NCBI GenBank assembly: GCA_964391005.1
Contig: CAYMJB010000001.1
Coordinates: 1-41,542 of the forward strand
Source of the DNA: an uncultured archaeon
Lineage (GTDB): Archaea; Nanohalarchaeota; Nanosalinia; Nanosalinales; Nanosalinaceae
Direction of reading: 5' to 3'
DNA: 41,542 nt
Shown: piece by piece, positions 27,797 to 37,604 of the stretch
How positions within the stretch are numbered: position 1 is the stretch's first letter
How the letters are laid out: every line of letters begins with the position of its first letter
The notes under the pieces: generated by a model
What the model was told of the DNA's origin: nothing
The model's database searches: none
What the model saw: only the letters and a program-made list of their open reading frames with translations
Program-made: the position numbers and the translations under genes

Positions 27797-28936
27797 TTAC
27801 TTTTCAGCAGCTTCTCGTACCCTGTCAGCGATTTCAAGCGCAAGACTCTGATCCAAAGTCTCAGGAACTATTCTATCTCTTTCCGGCTCAACAAAATCTC
27901 TGATAGCCTCTGAGGCGGCAGCCTTCATCTCCTCACTTATCCGGGATACATCGGCGTCCAGCGCACCTCTAAATATCCCTGGAAACGCCAGAGAGTTGTT
28001 TACCTGATTATCAAAATCAGACCTGCCTGTGGCTGTTATATAGGCTCCTGCATCCTTGGCTTTGTCTGGCAGTATCTCAGGCTCAGGATTTGCAAGAGCG
28101 AAAACAATCGGGTCATCAGACATAGACTCTACCATCTCCTCGGATACAATACCTGGTGCCGAGAGACCTATAAACACGTCAGCATCCTCCATAGCATCAT
28201 CAAGACCTCCGGATTCATGTGAGGCAAGAGTATTCTCCGCAAGGTCTGCCTTAAACTTATTTGAGTCGTCAACCCTTAGTATTCCGGAAGAGTCAACAGG
28301 TACTATGTTTTCAGCACCAAGCTCAAGTAGGAACTCCGCTACGGCTATACCCGATGCTCCGGCGCCTGAGATAGCGATCCTTACATCTTGAAGCTGTTTA
28401 TCCGCCACATCCAGAGCATTCTGCAGTGCAGCAGAAACAACTATAGCCGTACCGTGTTGATCGTCGTGAAAAACCGGGATATCCATTGAGTTCTTTAGAG
28501 TTCTCTCAACCCTGAAACACCGGGGCGCCTTAATATCCTCCAAGTTAACCGCCCCAAAAGTAGGCTCCAAACTCTGTACATGTTCAACTATATCACCGGC
28601 AGTCTCCGACTCAAGACAGATCGGAAAACCGTCAACGTTTCCAAACTTCTTCATTAGATTGGACTTACCCTCCATCACCGGCATAGCAGCTTCAGGACCT
28701 ATATCACCTAGACCAAGAACCGCAGAGCCATCAGACACCACTGCAACCATATTACCCTTAGACGTGTAATCATATGCTCTGCTTTTGTCCTCAGAGATTT
28801 CCCTACAAGGTTCAGCAACACCAGGAGTATAGACGAGCTCCAGATCATCTGAGTCATCTATATCTACGCTTGGCTCAACAGAAATTTTCCCGGGATTTTC
28901 TGCATGCAGTTCCAGAGATTCTCCTTCATTATCCAT
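27797..28936 (-). CDS. NAD(P)-dependent malic enzyme (short form, no PTA domain)
   Basis: YTPGVA, DGSAVLGLG, PVMEGK, NLEDI, FHDDQHGT, GAGASG and NQVNN. Confidence 0.96.
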   Translation of the reverse strand: MDNEGESLELHAENPGKISVEPSVDIDDSDDLELVYTPGVAEPCREISEDKSRAYDYTSKGNMVAVVSDGSAVLGLGDIGPEAAMPVMEGKSNLMKKFGNVDGFPICLESETAGDIVEHVQSLEPTFGAVNLEDIKAPRCFRVERTLKNSMDIPVFHDDQHGTAIVVSAALQNALDVADKQLQDVRIAISGAGASGIAVAEFLLELGAENIVPVDSSGILRVDDSNKFKADLAENTLASHESGGLDDAMEDADVFIGLSAPGIVSEEMVESMSDDPIVFALANPEPEILPDKAKDAGAYITATGRSDFDNQVNNSLAFPGIFRGALDADVSRISEEMKAAASEAIRDFVEPERDRIVPETLDQSLALEIADRVREAAEK

Positions 28937-28985
28937 GATACCAGATTAATAGCAAAGGCTAAAACTGTATGTTGTCTTTCTAATC

Positions 28986-30947
28986 TTAAGGCACCAAGAA
29001 ACTGTCCACAACTTTAACACGACCTGAACCATCAACCAGCAGATCAAGGGAGACCGAATCAAGCGCATCGTGATATTCTAGACCTATTTCTCCAAGACCC
29101 ATCAACAATTCCGTAAGATCTTCTGGATTGTCCAGATCTCCATGGGATCTTTCGGTGACCATACCAGCTACCTCACGGCTTATAGGGGGTATAGCGACGG
29201 GGCCATCCTGCGACTTACGGAGGTCCTGCAAACGTACATAAGGTCCAAAATTCCGGCTGGTGTGGATACCGGCAAAAGCCTTAGTACCTGATACAGTTTC
29301 CTGAACCTTTACACCCCTAATTTCTGATTCAGGTGTTTCAGCGTAGACAGAATCTATTATCTCCTTAAACGCCTGTTTGACCTCTTTACGGCTTTCTATA
29401 TCTTTTCTAACCGCGTCGACATCCGAAGGACGCCTTATATCTGGAGAATCAATCTTAAGCACGACAGGGAAGCCTACTTCAGATGCAGCATCAACAGCAT
29501 CCTGAGGAGACCTGGCGACCTTTGTCAACGCCACTTCCAGTCCATACGACTCAAGCAGGCTCATAATACTCTCAAAGTTTTCTAAGGTGTCAATATCCTC
29601 CAAGCCGACTTTCTTGTCTTCTTCATGGTCCTTGAAGCTTTCATCTCTCTCCAGAAAATTTCTGTAGGAGTACATGTTCTCAAGAACCTCTACACATTCT
29701 CTCGGGGTGCTGAGGTAGTCGACATTTGAGGAAACATCCATAGAATCATTGCCAGAAATATTTGCGGCGACCGGTTTGTCGTGCTTTTGGGATACTCGTT
29801 CAAGAACCTGGGCCATCCTTGATTTCTCATTTGCAGAAAGAGGAGTCATAGCGACAATAACCGACCCAACGTTATCGTCCTCAATTATTTGTCTGAATAC
29901 CCTATCTAAGTCTTGAGAATCAATATCTTTGCTACAGGTGACTGCAGCTCGCTCAACTACTAAAGCACTCTGCAAGGTTTCTAAGTCATCTATCGTACTG
30001 GATTCGAGCTCGGAAAGCGAAAGCTCTGCCGAGTCCATCTCTCCCAGAATGGTCGATGTTAGCCCTTCCGAGCTTGAAATTATAGCTGTTCCTCCTTTAG
30101 ACGGCATAGGAAGATCAGAGAATGCCTCACCGGCCCTTAGTAGCTCCTGAACGGATTCGGCTTGAACCACACCTGTCTGGTGAAATGCGGCAGAATATAG
30201 TTGTTCCTGATGCTCAAGAGACCTGTGTTCTCCAACACCGGGCTGTCTCAGCAGGACGACAGGTTTCTCCAAGGAAGTCTTTCTAGCCTCCTCCATGAAT
30301 CTTCTGCCGTCTGAAACACCGCTGATCTGGCCTAAAATAACCTGGCTACCGTCATTTCTCCAGTCCTCCAGTAGATCAGTCTCATCTAAGGACGCCTTAC
30401 TGCCGATAGACGCAAAGTAGCGGACGCCAAAGTCGTAACCATCTAAGAACTGGAGTAAATGCCTACTTAATCCAGGATCCTGTGTCAGGAACGATATCTC
30501 TCCTGTTTCGGGCATCTCTGGTAATAAACTTGCATTCAAACTATCACCTGGGCTGATAATTCCTGAGGAGTTTGGCCCCACCAGCTGAATGTTATTCTCA
30601 TCGGCAGCGTATCTCAGCTCGGATTCAAGGCCATCATTGCCGCCATCGGAGAAACCATCAGAGGCAACCAGTACAGTATCCACATTTTGGTCTCCACACT
30701 TCTCCACAATCTCAGGCGTTTTAGACGCATGCGGTAAAATGACCGCTAGATCAGTCCCCTCTTCAAGACCATGAGTCGCAACATCTTCGGCATCCTCGAC
30801 AGAATCATCTGCTAAGCCAGTGGTGTAGACCTTGCCTTCAAACCATGTATTGAGGTTGCTGGCTAAATCTTCTGATCTGCTCATTTCATCGTTGCTACGG
30901 CCGATCACCGCAATTTTGTCAGCATCAAAGATTTCCCCAAAACTCAT
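28986..30947 (-). CDS. ADP-forming acyl-CoA synthetase (ACD alpha-beta fusion)-like protein, apparently degenerate
   Basis: CoA-binding domain (VGPNSSG), ligase domains and ATP-grasp (GFPVVLKIDSPDI). The SHTG and HKSD phospho-His motifs are absent. Confidence 0.85.
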   Translation of the reverse strand: MSFGEIFDADKIAVIGRSNDEMSRSEDLASNLNTWFEGKVYTTGLADDSVEDAEDVATHGLEEGTDLAVILPHASKTPEIVEKCGDQNVDTVLVASDGFSDGGNDGLESELRYAADENNIQLVGPNSSGIISPGDSLNASLLPEMPETGEISFLTQDPGLSRHLLQFLDGYDFGVRYFASIGSKASLDETDLLEDWRNDGSQVILGQISGVSDGRRFMEEARKTSLEKPVVLLRQPGVGEHRSLEHQEQLYSAAFHQTGVVQAESVQELLRAGEAFSDLPMPSKGGTAIISSSEGLTSTILGEMDSAELSLSELESSTIDDLETLQSALVVERAAVTCSKDIDSQDLDRVFRQIIEDDNVGSVIVAMTPLSANEKSRMAQVLERVSQKHDKPVAANISGNDSMDVSSNVDYLSTPRECVEVLENMYSYRNFLERDESFKDHEEDKKVGLEDIDTLENFESIMSLLESYGLEVALTKVARSPQDAVDAASEVGFPVVLKIDSPDIRRPSDVDAVRKDIESRKEVKQAFKEIIDSVYAETPESEIRGVKVQETVSGTKAFAGIHTSRNFGPYVRLQDLRKSQDGPVAIPPISREVAGMVTERSHGDLDNPEDLTELLMGLGEIGLEYHDALDSVSLDLLVDGSGRVKVVDSFLVP

Positions 30948-31076
30948 AATAAGTAGTTAGAACTTGGGGCTACTTATGATTACCAGCTTCACCTAGTGGT
31001 CACAAAACAAGGTTTGGAATGACGTTATGTTTAGTACCTCGCTTTCTATTACTAAAACAGGTCAACAGAAGATAGG

Positions 31077-31748
31077 GTGGAGACAATATCAGTAACTAGA
31101 GAAAATATAAAGCAGCATTACAAGGAGAACAGGAAGGAAGTGGAGAATCGGTTAGAAGAGTTTAGCGACTTGAGAGGAAGCTCTGATAAGAGAAAGTTTA
31201 ACGAGCTAGTATTTGTAATTCTTACGTCTCAGACAGAGGCTCAGAAAGCCTGGGACGCGTCCAAAAAACTGGTAGAGCAGAACATAAGTGAAGAAAAGAC
31301 TTCACAGATCGCCGATCTATTAGAGCGATGCGAGGTTTCATACCCTGAATCGAAAGCAGAATATATCAAGGAAAACAAGTCAATGCTTTCACAGCCGACC
31401 CTCACTAATCCAAAACATGTCTTGAAGATTAACTCAAGGATAGATGAGGAGGACCTGGAGAAGACCCGAAGATGGTTTGCGGAAAAAATCAAAGGCATAT
31501 CATGGAAAGGTTCCTCTCACTTCCTAAGAAACATCGGATACGGAAACGGTTTCGCAATAATATCAAGCCATATCTCATCACAGATGTACGAACTCGGGCT
31601 TACCGAGAACCCTGACCTGCCAGAAGAATACAGACAGTACGTCGAACAAGAGCAAAAACTCAGGGAGTTTTCTGAAGACATAGGAATAGATATCAAGGCA
31701 CTGGATCTGGTTTTATGGTCTATGAGAACCGGAGAAATCTTCAAGTAA
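31077..31748 (+). CDS. ogg: 8-oxoguanine DNA glycosylase/AP lyase (Ogg2 family)-like protein
   Basis: ELVFVILT, HhH KGISWKGSSHFLRNIG, LDLVLW and C-terminal GEIFK. Confidence 0.88.
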   Translation: METISVTRENIKQHYKENRKEVENRLEEFSDLRGSSDKRKFNELVFVILTSQTEAQKAWDASKKLVEQNISEEKTSQIADLLERCEVSYPESKAEYIKENKSMLSQPTLTNPKHVLKINSRIDEEDLEKTRRWFAEKIKGISWKGSSHFLRNIGYGNGFAIISSHISSQMYELGLTENPDLPEEYRQYVEQEQKLREFSEDIGIDIKALDLVLWSMRTGEIFK

Positions 31749-31750
31749 CT

Positions 31751-31942
31751 CTAGGTCGACCTTATCATACCTGATATACCATAAACCGTTACACAAAGAG
31801 AAAGAGATACACCTATAAGCTCATATAGATAGAACTGTTTAGCAGCTTCAGGGTTCAAGAATACCAGCCCAATCACAACTACACACAGAGAGGTAAGCGA
31901 GAAAGGCTTAAACATCTTTAGGAGCTTTTCTAGGTCCATCAT
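31751..31942 (-). CDS. Small two-TM membrane protein
   Basis: 63-aa hydrophobic ORF with an ATGA overlap on the exchanger stop. Confidence 0.65.
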   Translation of the reverse strand: MMDLEKLLKMFKPFSLTSLCVVVIGLVFLNPEAAKQFYLYELIGVSLSLCVTVYGISGMIRST

Positions 31943-33210
31943 GCACCACCCACAAAGTCATACTGGAAGTAGTTAAACCTTACGTAGATATAGAAGAAGT
32001 ACAATGCTATAAGCACAATGGCTCCGGCTATAGACAGTTTTCTATTCTCCGCGGACTCAAGCTTCCGGGCTGTCGAACTAAACCCTAGCCTGTAGAAAGG
32101 CTTAGATATCAGGTCGCCAATATCACTCCTCACGTACATGTAACCTACGGGAAGACCGGCCAGGAAAATCTCCATAGGCAGATCCCATAGCACTAAAGGC
32201 CGTGGAACAGTATATGTCGACAGAGCCGCACCTGACCCGATAGCAAGCAAAGGATTTGTAATATTACTTCCGACAAGGGTACCAAGACTTACTCCCTCAC
32301 TTCCATGTCTGAGCCCTGAAATCGCTGTAATCATCTCAGGAAACGCTGAAACAACCCCAACAGTTGCAACACCGATCATAGATCCTGAGAGGCCTGTCTC
32401 TCTGACAAAAACCTCCACAACACTTAGGAAAAAATCAGCAGACACGATAACAACACCCATAGCGCCTAGACCAATCAGGAGATCGATCACCGGCCTTTCA
32501 GAGGCAGATACATCACCCTGCTCTGCAAGCTTCTCACCTCTGGTGGTATAGATATAGTACATGTATGCCACAAACGAACCAACCAGTATAAACCCGTCAA
32601 GGCGGGTCAAAACACCTGAAACCTGTAGAGGACCTCCCAAAAAGAACCCTATCAATCCTTCCCAGTTCAAGGCCAGGAATAATGTGATGAAAGAAGTACC
32701 TACCATAGGAGCATAGTTCCTGATCAGAAACTTTCTTGAAAACTTGAAGCTATGTTTTCCCGCCAGGAGAGCAGATGAGATAATCACAAGACCTATGACA
32801 AGAGTCTCCTGCACAACATCGCTTCCAATACTGGCACCTACAACAGTACCGGACTGCTGCCTATACACGTCTAAAGCCTCCGAAGAGGCTTGCTCGGATA
32901 TGACGCCTTGTTCCGCAAGACTGGAAGCGACCTGGGAAAACGGCTCAACAAGAAACATAGGAATACTGGAGCCAAGCGACTCAAAAAACACTCCTGAACT
33001 CATCAATATCTTAACCGATCCCACCAAATGCAGAGTTATCTCCGGCAGTGAAGTACCAATGGATATTATCGTGACAGCGATCACAACCTCTGAGATTCCG
33101 TAGTGCTTTGCAACTCCCTCCATCTTCTTAACCACAAGCTCAGCTGCCGCAACAAGAAAAACTATCGAGAAAAATCCTACGGCCGCATTTGTCAAGAGAG
33201 CAGAGACCAC
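31939..33210 (-). CDS. Ca2+/cation antiporter (CaCA, Na+/Ca2+ exchanger family)
   Basis: Alpha-1 SIGTSLPE, alpha-2 VVSAFPE...GTLVGSN and about 10 TM helices. Confidence 0.9.
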   Translation of the reverse strand: MVSALLTNAAVGFFSIVFLVAAAELVVKKMEGVAKHYGISEVVIAVTIISIGTSLPEITLHLVGSVKILMSSGVFFESLGSSIPMFLVEPFSQVASSLAEQGVISEQASSEALDVYRQQSGTVVGASIGSDVVQETLVIGLVIISSALLAGKHSFKFSRKFLIRNYAPMVGTSFITLFLALNWEGLIGFFLGGPLQVSGVLTRLDGFILVGSFVAYMYYIYTTRGEKLAEQGDVSASERPVIDLLIGLGAMGVVIVSADFFLSVVEVFVRETGLSGSMIGVATVGVVSAFPEMITAISGLRHGSEGVSLGTLVGSNITNPLLAIGSGAALSTYTVPRPLVLWDLPMEIFLAGLPVGYMYVRSDIGDLISKPFYRLGFSSTARKLESAENRKLSIAGAIVLIALYFFYIYVRFNYFQYDFVGGA

Positions 33211-33245
33211 GCCAAAACATTGTGAAGGGTTGAATTAAAGATATG

Positions 33246-35669
33246 TCATCCAAACCTGTCTAATCCGCTCTGTTTGCCCTTACCCTTTAGCTGAGCCTCA
33301 GTATATCCAAATACCTTAAGTACACGCACCGCAGCAGGTATCACCTGGTTATCAATATAGTAATCCGGATCATAGCTGTCCGCAAACTCAGCAGTCTCCG
33401 CTCTGGCCGAGATATTTCCGCTGCCTCTCGTAATTACGTAACCTATCGTGGTCTCAGGCTCAATCTCCTCACCTCTCTCAATAGCCTTTTTCGCAGCCTC
33501 AACGTGCGGAGAAGTGGATTCATACTCCTCAGGAGGTTTAGTAAGGGTTGTAAATATCCTAAGCTTCTCAACATCAACCTCCTGATTCTTCAAACTCTTT
33601 ATAGTCTCCTTAACTATTTCAGCTGCCTCATCAACCTTCTTATTAAGAACCTTCTGTAAAACCCTTCTCTGAGTATCTTTTGCCACAGAGCTCCAGTCTC
33701 TTCTAACCTGTTCAAACCCTGTAATCTTCATATCTCCCTCATCATCCATCAGTGCATACTTCTTCTTCGCACCTTCACCAGAATCCTTAGAGGTAAAGAA
33801 ACCTGTCTTGAAGAAACCCTCAAACTCGAGCTCCATAAACTCGGGAAGATCAGAGTTCACCTTCCTCAAAAACTCATCCTTCCTCTCCTCTATATCATCT
33901 CCTGACAGAAAGACCGAATCGGTGTCTCCATAATTGATCTCAAAGCCCATTTCACGCGCAGTCTCAATAGTATCCTCAATATACTTCCTACCCATAAACG
34001 TCGTTGCCTGAGCACACTCCTTAGAATACCATCTAGCGCCATTATATCCAAGATAGCCGTAGAAACTATTGGCCAGGACCTTCTGAGCTTGCTGGCGGCT
34101 GTAGATTCTTTCGTATTCCATACTATCTTTGTCGAGCTTCTTCATCTCATCCTTGAGCTCATATCTTGACTCAACCAGTCCTTGAATAAGCTCCGGAAAA
34201 AATCCTTGACTGTCCTGGCAAAAGCTGAAGTCAAAGCCTTCAGGCTGGAAAGTTTCATCGCAGTCCTCCAAGTTTAGTGTTTCTGGAGATATGTTATGTG
34301 CGACCATGACAGTAGGGTATAAAGATCTGAAGTCAAATACGGAGATATCATCGTATAAACCTGATTCAGGCGTGTAGACAAATCCGCCTTCATAAGCGCC
34401 CTGATTCTGCCTTCTTCTCTGCGTATTTCTGGTCGGCCTGTTAGGCGACAACATATTCTTCTTGGCAGCCTCTTTCAAAAGAAAGTTCTCCGTTAGCTGG
34501 CCGTAAGTCAGTCTGCAGGCATCAAAAGGTATCAAACCTGTAATCTTGGAGAGCTCAAGTATCTGGGGAACCATCTCATTTGAAAGCTTGAAAGCCAGCT
34601 TGGAATCCTTCAACGCATATGAAGCAAGCTCCTCAAGATTCTCTTCATTCCGCCACCACTTCTTCATCTCCTCAAAAGATACGTCATCCTTGTTTTCCCC
34701 AAGCATCTCCTCGGATACAGAGTCCAGATCCAGTCTCTCTGACTCAAGACCCGGTGATACCACGTGTTCGACAAAAGGATACAGGTCAAGATGCATCCGC
34801 CCCTTTAGACGAGCGCCGGAAAACCTTCCACGCCGATTAAACTTCATCCTTTCTCCATCACGGCCAAGCGAAAGCTCCATACCATGCTCCTCAACCCTCT
34901 CCCTCAATATCTGGAAATCAAACTCATCAGTGTTATAGCCCGTAAGAACATCAACTTCAAGCTCCTGAACAAGTTCGATAAGCCTATCAAGAAGAACCTT
35001 TTCTGAGTCTACAGACTCCACAAAATCCTTGTCTACATCCTTGGTGGAGATTACTTTTTTGACATTCTCTCCGTAGAAGGATGCCATAACCACTTTATCG
35101 TCTATAACCTCTAGATCAAAAGAAACAGAAGTAAAATCCGGCTCAGCCAGCTCCAGGTCTGTGTTTGTGTCCTCAACATCTATTTTTACGTCAAAGTCTT
35201 CTGATTCGAGTTCTTCACCTTTCAATTCAACTGTCTGTGTGGGCAGAATCTGTTTATCGATCAAGTACCTCTTGTAGAACGGTATGTCAAACTCTCTGCA
35301 GCCAGAAACCTCTTCGAGATCGTAGACCTCATGCTTCAGCTTAGGTACAGAAGCAGGAACAGCAGTGTAAACCTTTACAGCTTTCACAGGCTCAGTCCCA
35401 TTCTTCCTCTCCACAGTCTCTACATCCACAGGGTTCAAAGAGTCTCCATTATCATCTTGAAACTCCTCAGAAACAATTCTATCCTTGACATCCTCGGCGG
35501 TGAAGCCCTCATCCACCAGAGCATAGAAATAGGGATCAAAGCCTTTCTCTAGGGCTAGAATATTTTCACCCTTGGGCGACTTGGCAAACAGCCGCAGCTC
35601 AGCTCCTTTATCTTCACCAGACTCATACGTCCTGTAATCTATATCGACAACAGATGCCTCGACCTTCAC
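33246..35669 (-). CDS. polB: Family B DNA polymerase
   Basis: Exo FDLE, YNTDEFD and YALKD; Pol DFRSLYP, KVLANSFYG and YGDTDS; C-terminal PIP-like QSGLDRF. Confidence 0.98.
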   Translation of the reverse strand: MKVEASVVDIDYRTYESGEDKGAELRLFAKSPKGENILALEKGFDPYFYALVDEGFTAEDVKDRIVSEEFQDDNGDSLNPVDVETVERKNGTEPVKAVKVYTAVPASVPKLKHEVYDLEEVSGCREFDIPFYKRYLIDKQILPTQTVELKGEELESEDFDVKIDVEDTNTDLELAEPDFTSVSFDLEVIDDKVVMASFYGENVKKVISTKDVDKDFVESVDSEKVLLDRLIELVQELEVDVLTGYNTDEFDFQILRERVEEHGMELSLGRDGERMKFNRRGRFSGARLKGRMHLDLYPFVEHVVSPGLESERLDLDSVSEEMLGENKDDVSFEEMKKWWRNEENLEELASYALKDSKLAFKLSNEMVPQILELSKITGLIPFDACRLTYGQLTENFLLKEAAKKNMLSPNRPTRNTQRRRQNQGAYEGGFVYTPESGLYDDISVFDFRSLYPTVMVAHNISPETLNLEDCDETFQPEGFDFSFCQDSQGFFPELIQGLVESRYELKDEMKKLDKDSMEYERIYSRQQAQKVLANSFYGYLGYNGARWYSKECAQATTFMGRKYIEDTIETAREMGFEINYGDTDSVFLSGDDIEERKDEFLRKVNSDLPEFMELEFEGFFKTGFFTSKDSGEGAKKKYALMDDEGDMKITGFEQVRRDWSSVAKDTQRRVLQKVLNKKVDEAAEIVKETIKSLKNQEVDVEKLRIFTTLTKPPEEYESTSPHVEAAKKAIERGEEIEPETTIGYVITRGSGNISARAETAEFADSYDPDYYIDNQVIPAAVRVLKVFGYTEAQLKGKGKQSGLDRFG

Positions 35670-35748
35670 AACTAACTATGGTGGCCTTGAAATTAAGTAA
35701 AGCGTGGGAAGGTGAAAAATTAAACCATCCGAAGAACACAACACCTGT

Positions 35749-36405
35749 ATGAGAATTCTACTGGTTACAGACATACACGGAGATCATGAAAAACTGGCAG
35801 AAATCCTAGAGAAGGAAACCTACGACGCCATTTTATGCGCTGGCGACCTCAGTGACGCAGAAAAATACGACAACTACAACAAAAACCTTGAGAACGTTGT
35901 AGAAGAAATGGACAGGAAGGAAAAGTTTGTAAAGGCGGTACCTGGCAACATGGATCCTGAAAGGGAATGTGTAGAGACGCTGAGGCAGCACAGAATAAAT
36001 CTGCACAGAGAAATCTCATCACTCAAAGAATACGAACTAGTAGGCTATGGAGGAGGAATTACACCATTTGGAACACCTTTCGAGCCTGAAGGAGACGACA
36101 TAAAAAACGCCTTAGAAACGCTTCAGAACAGAATGAAATCAGACAAGAGAATTGCCTTGATACATCAACCACCGGAGGACACAGAGGTAGATATTGCAGA
36201 TGACCAGCACGTCGGAAGCGAGGCTGTTCGAGACCTGTTCACTAATTCAGAGTTTGACCTTGCTGTCACCGGACACATACACGAATCAAGAGGTATTGAC
36301 AGCTTGGAGGGTACAAAAGTTGTCAACCCTGGCCCTGTAATGCAAGGATTTTATGCCGTTCTAGAAACTAATGGAGACACAGATATTGAGCTTAAATCAC
36401 TCTAA
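35749..36405 (+). CDS. Calcineurin-like metallophosphoesterase
   Basis: TDIHG, GDLS, PGNMD, HQPP and GHIHE motifs. Confidence 0.93.
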   Translation: MRILLVTDIHGDHEKLAEILEKETYDAILCAGDLSDAEKYDNYNKNLENVVEEMDRKEKFVKAVPGNMDPERECVETLRQHRINLHREISSLKEYELVGYGGGITPFGTPFEPEGDDIKNALETLQNRMKSDKRIALIHQPPEDTEVDIADDQHVGSEAVRDLFTNSEFDLAVTGHIHESRGIDSLEGTKVVNPGPVMQGFYAVLETNGDTDIELKSL

Positions 36406-36567
36406 ACCTAAACAAACTAAGAAAGAACACAAAAAGGTCAATGACTTCCGTAAACTAGGGATAGTAAATGTTGGTTGGCCTGCCACACCACAGTAAATAG
36501 CAAACGTTTTTATACAAGCAATAAAGCAATCTTAACTAGAGGATCAGCTAAGGAGGTGACAAATTCA

Positions 36568-36765
36568 ATGGCAGAACTACCACTTGCACCAGTCAAGCGG
36601 ATCATCAAGCAAGCCGGAGCAGAAAGAGTCTCAGAAGACGCAGTAGAAGAACTGAGAGACGAACTAGAAGATCATGCTTCCGAGCGTGCACGTGACTCAA
36701 AACAGATGGCAGAGCACGCAGGCCGCAAGACTGTACAGGAAGACGACGTAAAGGCTTCCGCATAA
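36568..36765 (+). CDS. Archaeal histone (HMf-like single histone fold)
   Basis: MAELPLAPVKRIIK.AGAERVS...HAGRKTV; SD GGAGGTGA 36552-59. Confidence 0.96.
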   Translation: MAELPLAPVKRIIKQAGAERVSEDAVEELRDELEDHASERARDSKQMAEHAGRKTVQEDDVKASA

Positions 36766-36827
36766 ATAAGGTGCGGAAACCGGTTAACTACTTCTTTTTT
36801 ATTTCTCACTTCTCCTTCTCTAAGATA

Positions 36828-37583
36828 GTGAAACTAGAAAACTCGTTCATACTCTTCCCAGGGATCGGTCAAAAAACCGAAAAGAAACTGTGGAAAGACG
36901 GCATCCGACACTGGGACAACTTAGAAGACTCCACTAAGTACTCGGATAAGATAGACAAACACAGAGAAAAAGCGAGGAAAAACCTGCAGGTTGGAAATGA
37001 GACGTTCTTCAAGGACAAACTTCCAAACAAAAGCCTATGGCGCAGCTACAGAAACTTCAAAGAAAATGTATGCTTCTTCGACATTGAAACCACAGGGCTG
37101 AAACCTGAGAGGAACAAAACCACGACCGTAAGCTTCTACAGAAACGGAGAGTCTAAGACCTTGATAAGAGGTCAGGACCTCAAGCAGGAGAAGCTTGAAC
37201 AGGAGTTCTTTGAATCCTCGCTACTTGTCAGCTTCAACGGAAAAAGATTTGACAAACCGTTTCTGGAGAAAAGTTTTGGAATCAGTATTGAGAACCCGCA
37301 TATTGACCTAATGTACCTATTTCAGAGGCTTGGATACTCAGGCGGCCTGAAAAAAATCGAGAAAGATCTAGGTGTAGAAAGAGAACTTGAGGATATAGAT
37401 GGTCGAGAAGCCATCAAACTCTGGAAGAGATACAAGAAACAGGGAGACAAAGAGGCTCTAGACAAGCTGGTCAGGTATAACCAGTATGATGCCGAAAACC
37501 TTCAAAGCCTCCTAGAAACCGCTAGAGACATGCTCATCGAGGAAGTCTCTCCTGAACCAAAGTGGTTCAAAGCAAACACTTAA
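36828..37583 (+). CDS. YprB/RNase_H_2-like DEDD 3'-5' exonuclease with N-terminal HhH
   Basis: PGIGQKTEKKLW, FFDIETTGL, SFNGKRFD, HIDL, GGLKKIE and YNQYD. GTG 36828 preferred. Confidence 0.9.
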   Translation: MKLENSFILFPGIGQKTEKKLWKDGIRHWDNLEDSTKYSDKIDKHREKARKNLQVGNETFFKDKLPNKSLWRSYRNFKENVCFFDIETTGLKPERNKTTTVSFYRNGESKTLIRGQDLKQEKLEQEFFESSLLVSFNGKRFDKPFLEKSFGISIENPHIDLMYLFQRLGYSGGLKKIEKDLGVERELEDIDGREAIKLWKRYKKQGDKEALDKLVRYNQYDAENLQSLLETARDMLIEEVSPEPKWFKANT

Positions 37584-37604
37584 AAGGAGAGATCATCAAT
37601 TGGT

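Noticed and set aside
36475..36567. N-terminal extension (tail) on the histone suggested by the ORF track
   Set aside because: A strong SD (GGAGGTGA) precedes ATG 36568, and the upstream TTG frame runs through the promoter.
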